Shown here: positions 56,846-64,000 of the stretch, one piece after another
How positions within the stretch are numbered: position 1 is the first letter of the stretch
Layout: each line of letters starts with the position of its first letter
From: the human T2T-CHM13v2.0 reference genome, Homo sapiens
Strand: one strand, 5' to 3'
DNA: 64,000 nucleotides
NCBI RefSeq assembly: GCF_009914755.1
Contig: NC_060927.1
Notes under the pieces: model-generated
Databases searched by the model: none
The model's input: only the letters and a program-made list of their open reading frames with translations
What the model was told of the DNA's origin: nothing
Made by a program: the position numbers and the translations under genes

Positions 56846-57764
56846 GTGAGTACTCAGGGAGAGAACAGGTAAGAAAGGGGAAATGGGAGTGATTCCCACC
56901 AGATTCACAAATTATTGCTTCATTGTTGGAAAGAGGAGTTAGTTGGCTTTGACGCCTGTTGTTCTAATGACTTACATCTTTAGCCAGGGCATCTTCACAT
57001 CTAGCTCCACAAACACAAGGTAGAGAGGAAAACCAAGGAGGGAACTGAATTAAAACTGTATGCTTTAATTAAAAAGCTGACAGTTGAACCTCCAGGGAAA
57101 TAAACATTTTATTTTCTCATTTTATCAATTGTTGAAGTTCAGATGGTCAGGTAGAAATGAGTGTGATGGAGTCTTGATTTTCCACGGGCGTCCCTTTGGA
57201 TGGAGTCCTTGCTTTCTGATCACAAAACTGGTAGCAAATAGAAAGATAAGAACTAGAAATTATCATGACAGATGGCAACCTAATGCTGAAGGTTAATTAA
57301 AGGCTCAGAAAAATTTCTCTTGCTTTCTTAACTCTTTTAATCTTCTGGAAAGAAGATAGACACAATTTAATGTAGCTATCAGGCAGAATGACACTGGGAC
57401 AAGGTCCATGCCAATTTAAGAACAGACATAGGCTGTCTTTGCTTGTGTAGATGACAATTACAAGACTCTTTTCTTTAATTTATGCCCTAAATGCTATAAT
57501 TCTGGATTGAAAGCGAAGCTAAATTTAGGAAGGCCTAATGATGACACACAATGCTCTTTCGCACTCATGATACATAACTTACAGGGAAAGGCCCTGACTC
57601 CCTTTTTGCATAGCGTCACTGGGAACTTCTTGTTAAATGGGGTTAGGGAGTCGTTGACTTGCCTTTTCCCTTCTAACTACAAGTTTTTTGCCTGGTAGCA
57701 TAGACCCAACAATCCTTCTACTCTGGGGTGTTTGCTCCTGTAGGCACCCAGCTGCCTAGTGCTG

Positions 57765-57980
57765 TTGCTTATTAAGCATTTACCCTATGCCAGGCTGTAT
57801 GTATTATTTCTTTTTAATTTCTGAAACAACCTTATGAAGTAGCTATTATTATCTACATTTTATAGATAAACTGAGGAGCAAAGAAATTATACATCTTGCC
57901 AAGGTCACATGGCTCCTAAGTAGCAAAATTAGGGTATGAGCTTGTGGTTTCTGAGTGCAGAGTCTAAATGCTGAGCTGCC
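57765..57980 (-). mobile_element. MIR
   Basis: aacaaccttatgaagtagctattattatctacattttatagataaactgagg...cttgccaaggtcacatggct. Confidence 0.8.
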
Positions 57981-58589
57981 TTCCCTGTGGGTGCGTCTGA
58001 GAGAGCACCTATCACTGGTACTGTACTTCTCACTGGGCTGGGAGCACCTTGAAGACAAAATGTGGGATTGTGTCTCACATTTGGTATAGTGCCTGGTGTA
58101 TAGTAGTAACTCAACACATATTTATTGAATCAGGGAATGAAGAGAGAGCAGAAGAAAGCCCAGTTTGGATGATGGGTTTGGGGTCTAGAACAGCTCCTTT
58201 GAAGCTTCGAGCCTGTGGTTTCTCTTTGTATACACATTAGAGGCTCTTATCAGCTGCAGGGATTATCAAGGATCCGTTCAGGCTTTGATCTCACTCAGAA
58301 TACTCTTAGGTACTATCAGTCGCCAGTCTGAGAGAAATCAGCCACATGGTGAGGAAGAATTGATCATGATATGATGTCATCGCGAAACTCAAACAACTTA
58401 CAATCACTTTAGGGTTAGAGGGTGATGACAAGTTTGGGGATTATATGGCAGCCTGTACAGGATTTATGCTGGCCAGAGGAGAGCTTTCAGCCTGCTAGCA
58501 AGGCTCTCAGAAAGCAGGAGACGTTGAGGCTAAGCCTAGGCAATCTTTTCCTTTGTTTCTAGGTTCCTTTTGCATCCATATTTTTTCAC

Positions 58590-58650
58590 TGACCACCCTC
58601 CCACCCATCCACCCATCCATCTACCCAACCATGCATCTACCCACCCACCC
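58590..58650. repeat. Degenerate (CCAC/CCAT)n tract
   Basis: ccacccatccacccatccatctacccaaccatgcatctacccacccaccc. Confidence 0.7.
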
Positions 58651-58834
58651 ACTGACAGCTTCTTTTGCCTTCTTGTAGGAGGGAGTGTGGTTAACAGCAG
58701 GGGCTTTAGAGGCACAGATTAGATTTGAGTCTTGCTGTGTGATCTTTGGCATGTTGTTTAACAGGTTTTTCTAATTCTGTATCTGTAAAATGGAAGAAAC
58801 AGTCATGCCTTCTTCATAAAGTTTTTAGACTGAA

Positions 58835-59262
58835 AGAGATACCTAAAGACATGCATAAAAATGTTGGTAGCAACCTTGTTCATATTAACCCCAGCCTGGA
58901 AACAACCTAAATGCCCAGCAACAGAATAAACATATGACATATTTATATAACGGATATTACTCAATAATAAAAAGAAACTACTACTGTACTCAACGATGTG
59001 GATGAATGTCACAGATGTTATGTTGAGTGAAGTTCAAGAAAAGGCAAACCTAATATATGGTGATAGAAATCAGAATAGTGGCTACCTGTGTGGGGCATAT
59101 TGACTGGGAAAGGGCATGAGGGAACCCTCTGGGGTTATGGTTCTGTGGTTATAGTCACTTCCTTGATCTGGGTGGTGGTTGCATGGCTACGCTCATGTGT
59201 GCATTCATTGAGTTTTACACGTCAGATATATGACCTTACCGTATGAAAACTATGCCTTGAAA
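58835..59262 (+). mobile_element. Old L1 (L1MD/ME-like) 3' fragment
   Basis: ctggaaacaacctaaatgcc...ggatgaatgtcacaga...aaggcaaacctaatatatggtgatagaaatcagaatagtgg...tgactgggaaagggcatgagggaacc. Confidence 0.8.
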
Positions 59263-59537
59263 AGAAGAAAACAGATATATAGTATTTCATACAGTACTTG
59301 TCCGAAAGAAGACACTCAGAAAGCCCTCTTTCCTGCCCTGATATCCTTGTGAACATGACTTTTTGTGAGATGAGAGCCATTTCAGCATGAGAAGGTTGAC
59401 AGCTGCCATTTTTTTCCTGGTAGTTTATGTTCCAAGAGTAGGGAGCATGCTTGAGAAACATTTTCCTCTGATGGATGTTTTTTTTTCCCTTCCCTTCTTT
59501 TTCAACCGTGTGCTTGGTTTCCGCCCATCCTGTTCAG

Positions 59538-59623
59538 GCTACGCAGTGACCGCTGGCCACTTCTCTCACCCGTCCACCATTGATGTGGTAGGAGGTGCCC
59601 CACAGGACAAAGGCATCGGCAAG
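59538..59623 (+). CDS. ITGA9: ITGA9 exon 7 (86 nt)
   Basis: catcctgttcag|GC TAC GCA = (G)YAVTAGHFSHPSTIDVVGGAPQDKGIGK; donor AAG|gtgagg. Confidence 0.97.
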
Positions 59624-61379
59624 GTGAGGAGAAACATCTGTGGAATAGCTGGGGTCAGACAGAAGAGGGGAGCATGCTGTCCCTGGTGCAGAGGTTTGCC
59701 AGCTGACATTGACCTGAACATTCTACTGGGTGGCTGGTGGGGAGGTGATGAGGAACCCCCTGACTGCCCCACTCCATTGGAAAGTTTCCCTTGAAAGCTC
59801 AATTAGAGTGTGAGTATACTCACACTCTCGATTTCCTGCACACTCTCATCTGAGGTTTTTCACAGCTGACCATGTGTGTGTGTGTAATTTATAAGACTGA
59901 GCCCTGGCCTTATGGTGTCCTTCAAAAGAATGGCATTTAGTGCTGTCCAACTTCAAATCCCAAACCCTTCCCAAGTTTGGCTTTGATTTAATGGAGCTAG
60001 GTCCAGTCTCAGATATCTTTGAGGCTTTATTCATGCCCCAAATTATTCTCGTATTTATTTCCCCAGTGTTTGAGAAGGAACATTGGGTTCCCAAGACTGG
60101 TTCAGCCCAAAGGCTGGACTGGAAATATGTGGGTCTGGCTTTCCCTAAACTATAGTATCTGCCAAAAAACCCACCCCCTGGATCTAGGGCTGCCTGAATT
60201 CCTTTGGGAAACATGACCTCTGAGGGGCCTGAATTGTGAACTACGCTTGTTGGTTCTTTATCATGAAGGTACAGGAAATCCAGATTGAGTAGGTACAGAT
60301 GGATCAGGAACCCACATTTTTAAGAAGCTCCATAGGTTGTCTGATGGGAAAGACTGAGTGAACAGAGGAATGAACTTTGGATCTGGACCTTTAGGGGTAG
60401 ACCTGTGATAGAGTCTGGTCATATCTCCCAGGGCTTGGAGAAGTGGAATCTGGATTCTGGATTAGCCCAGATGAGCTGAGACCACTGGTAATTGGAGCCT
60501 TCAGCCAGGAGGTCAGGATGATCAGGGAGCTGACGAACTTTCCAGTTGACTAGGCTTGACTAAGGATAATTTCTGTGGATCCTCCTGGGCAGAGGTTAGG
60601 AGCTGCTGCTCACGTTTCTGGAGCATGTGCCTCCCTCCTCCCTAACACTGATGCTGTGGAAAGAGGTTCTTCAAAACTGAAACCAGATAAACCAGGGCCC
60701 TGAGCTGGCAGGGAGGAGGGATCAAGCAGGTGACCTTCGATCACCTCAAGAAAGAGGTGGTTCTTTCTGAGTTGCATGAATTTATCTAAGTAGAGAAAGA
60801 AGCACTGAGAGCTGTTCACATTGATGTTGTCTTCTTGGGGAGGGGCTGCGGGCTACCGGGCATCTCTGTAGAAATGGTAAAAATGCCTACGTCTAGTTCA
60901 CAGTGATGCGGGTGCCTCTATGCTAATGATAGCAGCTTTCTTTTCTCCCTAATTGCAGAAAACACGACCCAGTTTTATAGTTTTTCCTTCAGATGATTGT
61001 GATGAACTTCATAGTCCCTGTCAAGTCTTAAGATGACCCCTCCGCAAACCCCTCTCACTGGCTATCTGGGGGGTGCAAGGTATAAAGTTAAAAAGTTGAG
61101 AATGGTACTTATAATTGATAGAGCCAGACAGCGGGACTCCTGGACCCAGTTTATAAAGTACATAAAAATGCTTCTTTCAATTAGACCACCTGAGAGGCAT
61201 GGGGAAACTGGTCATAGTGACAAAGTTGCTGACAATTCCACATTCCCAGGGATTGGGGCTAGTACAGACTTGATTCCCAAGGACCCCTGGCCTTCAGGAT
61301 TTTGCTGGATATTCTAGTGTCAGGGCACAAAAGCACTCACACTAAGATGGCAGTTCCTTATCTCATGGGAAGGTTATTT

Positions 61380-61646
61380 ACACTGGTTCTCATGAGACAC
61401 TCTTCCCACGAGATGTAATCCAAAAAAAAGAACTTCCATAGTCAAGTACATTTAGGAAGTTAAATGTCAGTGATCGTCTTTGCAGTGGCGATGCATAGTT
61501 CACATGAACATGCTAAAGGCTCTAAAAAGTTCCACAGTCAAAGAATTTACTTAATGTTTAACTCCACATTTCCCAAATGAAACTCATTTTTACCCAGGCA
61601 GATCACATGACTCTAATATTACGTGAAATCACTTTGGGAAACTGCT
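61380..61646. mobile_element. hAT-Charlie element (MER103-like)
   Basis: aaaggctct..aaagttcc.cagt.aaagaa..tacttaa.gtttaac..cacatttcccaaa...cactttgggaaactgct. Confidence 0.55.
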
Positions 61647-62096
61647 TTGTCTACAGTACTCATCTCCACCTATCCCTTTATCTTCTGTTGTAATGCCTGG
61701 TAAAGTCTTACTGGGAATAAAGTCCAATCCATACCACCAACTAATTTTAAAAACAGGAATAAAGGAAATATTTCAAGAAACAAAATACTAGCTTTTTCTC
61801 AGAGTTGAATTGTTTACTTGTAATTTGGAAGCTTCTTGGGTCTTATTGTGTGTGGCTTTTATAAGTATTGTGGTTCAGGAGCAGTGGAGGTGATGTCTGC
61901 CTCAGGATTGAAGGACCCTTTTTTTTGCAGGGCTGGTAAAATGACAGCTGACTTCTTCATGATCATCAGCTAGCATAAGCACATCTGCTGTGCACCTGGC
62001 TCTTAAGCTTTTAAATAGGACTCCCAGGAGAGTGCTGATAAATATCTTTGATCATTGATTTCATCCTAACTAGATTTTTTTTTTTTCATTCCATAG

Positions 62097-62165
62097 GTTT
62101 ATATTTTCAGAGCTGACCGAAGATCAGGCACCTTAATTAAGATCTTTCAAGCATCAGGTAAAAAG
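62097..62165 (+). CDS. ITGA9: ITGA9 exon 8 (69 nt)
   Basis: T12 cattccatag|GTT TAT = VYIFRADRRSGTLIKIFQASGKK; donor AAG|gtgagg. Confidence 0.96.
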
Positions 62166-63562
62166 GTGAGGTTCTTGGTATAAGTGACTATTTTTTATTT
62201 GAGAGATGTGATCATGTGGGAGTCAGTACTTTTTAGAAAATTGGTTTGAAGGCCCTACCTGTGCCCTGTGTTTATATGGCAGTGCTGTCTGCTTGTTGGT
62301 GTCTTTACCTTCTCAGCGGTATGTGTAATCTGTACATTCATGGGATTCATACTCGCTTTAGGAGACATTCTGTAGCAAGATGAGTTATATGGGGCCAAGT
62401 TACAGCACAGAGTTTTAAGAGATTGTCCGTAGTTCAGACTGTCATCAAAGTGACTGCATGCCCTGTCTCTCTGCCTCCATCCTTTCTCAACGAATCTCCA
62501 CCTCCAGAGAGAGCAGATCTTTCTGAGTACAGGTAGCAATAAATGCTTCTCACTGAGCCTGTTTCACCAGCCCAACATTACCCCCTTCCCTAATCCTCAG
62601 CCCTCAACTGTCATTGCCAAGGTGACTGTTGCCACACAAAGAAAATCCAAACACAGGTTGCCTGATTCCTCTTAGAACCTTGAAGCAGAAATAGCTCAGG
62701 GTGCTGCCCTAAAGTTAGCCTGGGTGAGATTACTCTGCCTGGGTCCTCCCCACCCTGTCCCTAATCCTCTCTCTGCTTTCTGAAAGTTTCCATTATACTG
62801 CCCTGTTGTCTAAAATTAAGCCAATTAGAGAGTCCTGCTATTAATAAGCAACAGTTTTCATGAGCTTATCAGTCATGCACTTCTTGTGTGGCTTAGATCA
62901 GCAGGACTGTTTGGCTGAGCTTGGCTACTCTAAGGGACACAAGTTTAGGCTGGGAGCTGTGGGGGTAATTTGGAGGTCTTGGTGGAGGCCTTAGTGGGAT
63001 CTGGGAAGAAGCATAGGATGTCTGGGACATGGGAGGAGGCCATGTGCCTCCTCAATTCTGTTCCTGCCGAGTTAGAACTGCTGTACGCCAGCCTAGGATC
63101 CTTCCATGTTGTTCTCCCATTCAAGTAGACCTTTTTGCAATTTTAACAATCCGAATAGGTACACTTAGTGTATAATTGTCATTATCTTTTGAATAAAAAA
63201 TGCATCACCAAACTTGGTTTTGCATTTTTCCTCAGAATGGCTCTGCCTTCCCGAGAACTCTGCTGGCTTGTGTTATTTTAACATTTCCAAAACCCCAAAG
63301 CAACAGCACTGGAAAATGACTGTGAGCCATTCTGCAAAAGGGTTTTCCAAGCACCCTTAAAGTTAGAAAAGAAATAACTCTGTGCTACTTGTGATTTACA
63401 AAAGAGAGTTTCAAAGAGCAAGTAGGGTATGAGTGGAATTAAGGCTAACATTTTAGATCTTCTGCAGAAGATAACAAATGGGTGAATGTATCTAGCATGG
63501 AAACAATCTCCCTCTTCCCTTCAAATGTACCTGGGTTTGAAAGCCTAAAGGTAAAGGATTCC

Positions 63563-63842
63563 TTTTTTTTTTTTTTTTTTGAGACAGAGTCTCACTATGG
63601 CATGATCTTGGTTCACTGTAACATCTGCCTCCTGGACTCAAGCCATCCTCCTACCTCAGCCTCCCAAGTAGCTCGGACCACAGACATGTGCCACCATGCC
63701 CAGCAAATTTTTGTATTTTTTTTTGTAGAGATGGGGTTTCACCATGTTGCCCAGGCTGGTCTCAGACTCCTGGGCTCAAGGGATCCACCCACCTTGGCCT
63801 CCCAGAGTGCGGGATGATAGGCATGAGCCACCGCACCTGGCC
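63563..63842 (-). mobile_element. Alu (AluJ-like) with internal deletion
   Basis: Antisense dimer; TSD aaggatt at 63554-63560 and 63843-63849. Confidence 0.9.
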
Positions 63843-64000
63843 AAGGATTATTTAAAATGAATTGTGGAGTTTCTGAGTATCTTTATGTTCAGTTGTAGCT
63901 GTGCCCCCCCAAACTGCTTTTCCTTCCCTGCCCTACTCCTTACTGTCTGTGCCCTGGGGAGGTCCGGTTAATTCCTATTGCCTTCGAGTAATTAACAATC

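Overview
This is primate (almost certainly human) genomic DNA carrying the 5' part of ITGA9 (integrin alpha-9) on the + strand. It includes ~5.4 kb of repeat-rich upstream sequence, a CpG-island promoter (~5440-6680) and coding exons 1-8 (ATG 5916; exon 8 ends 62165). Spliced, these give 897 nt, codons 1-299: signal peptide plus the first FG-GAP beta-propeller blades, with no I-domain. The gene continues beyond the window. All eight exons have GT-AG boundaries and join in frame. The rest is intronic or intergenic, with 16 Alus (many with readable TSDs), L1/L2/MIR fragments, MaLR/ERV LTRs and hAT DNA transposons. Repeat subfamily names are from recognition by eye, not a RepeatMasker run. I see no second protein-coding gene, tRNA/rRNA or CRISPR array, and I cannot demonstrate a wholly new system. 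The best leads are: (i) an intact-looking retrocopy of a short snaR/ASR-like Pol III RNA with a perfect 17-bp TSD in intron 4; (ii) an LTR10C-like solo LTR with an AP-1 repeat array; (iii) a donor-plus-(UG)18 TDP-43-type cryptic-exon layout in intron 1; (iv) several frameshifting competitor splice sites around exons 6-8; (v) a perfect 24-bp palindrome in intron 7.
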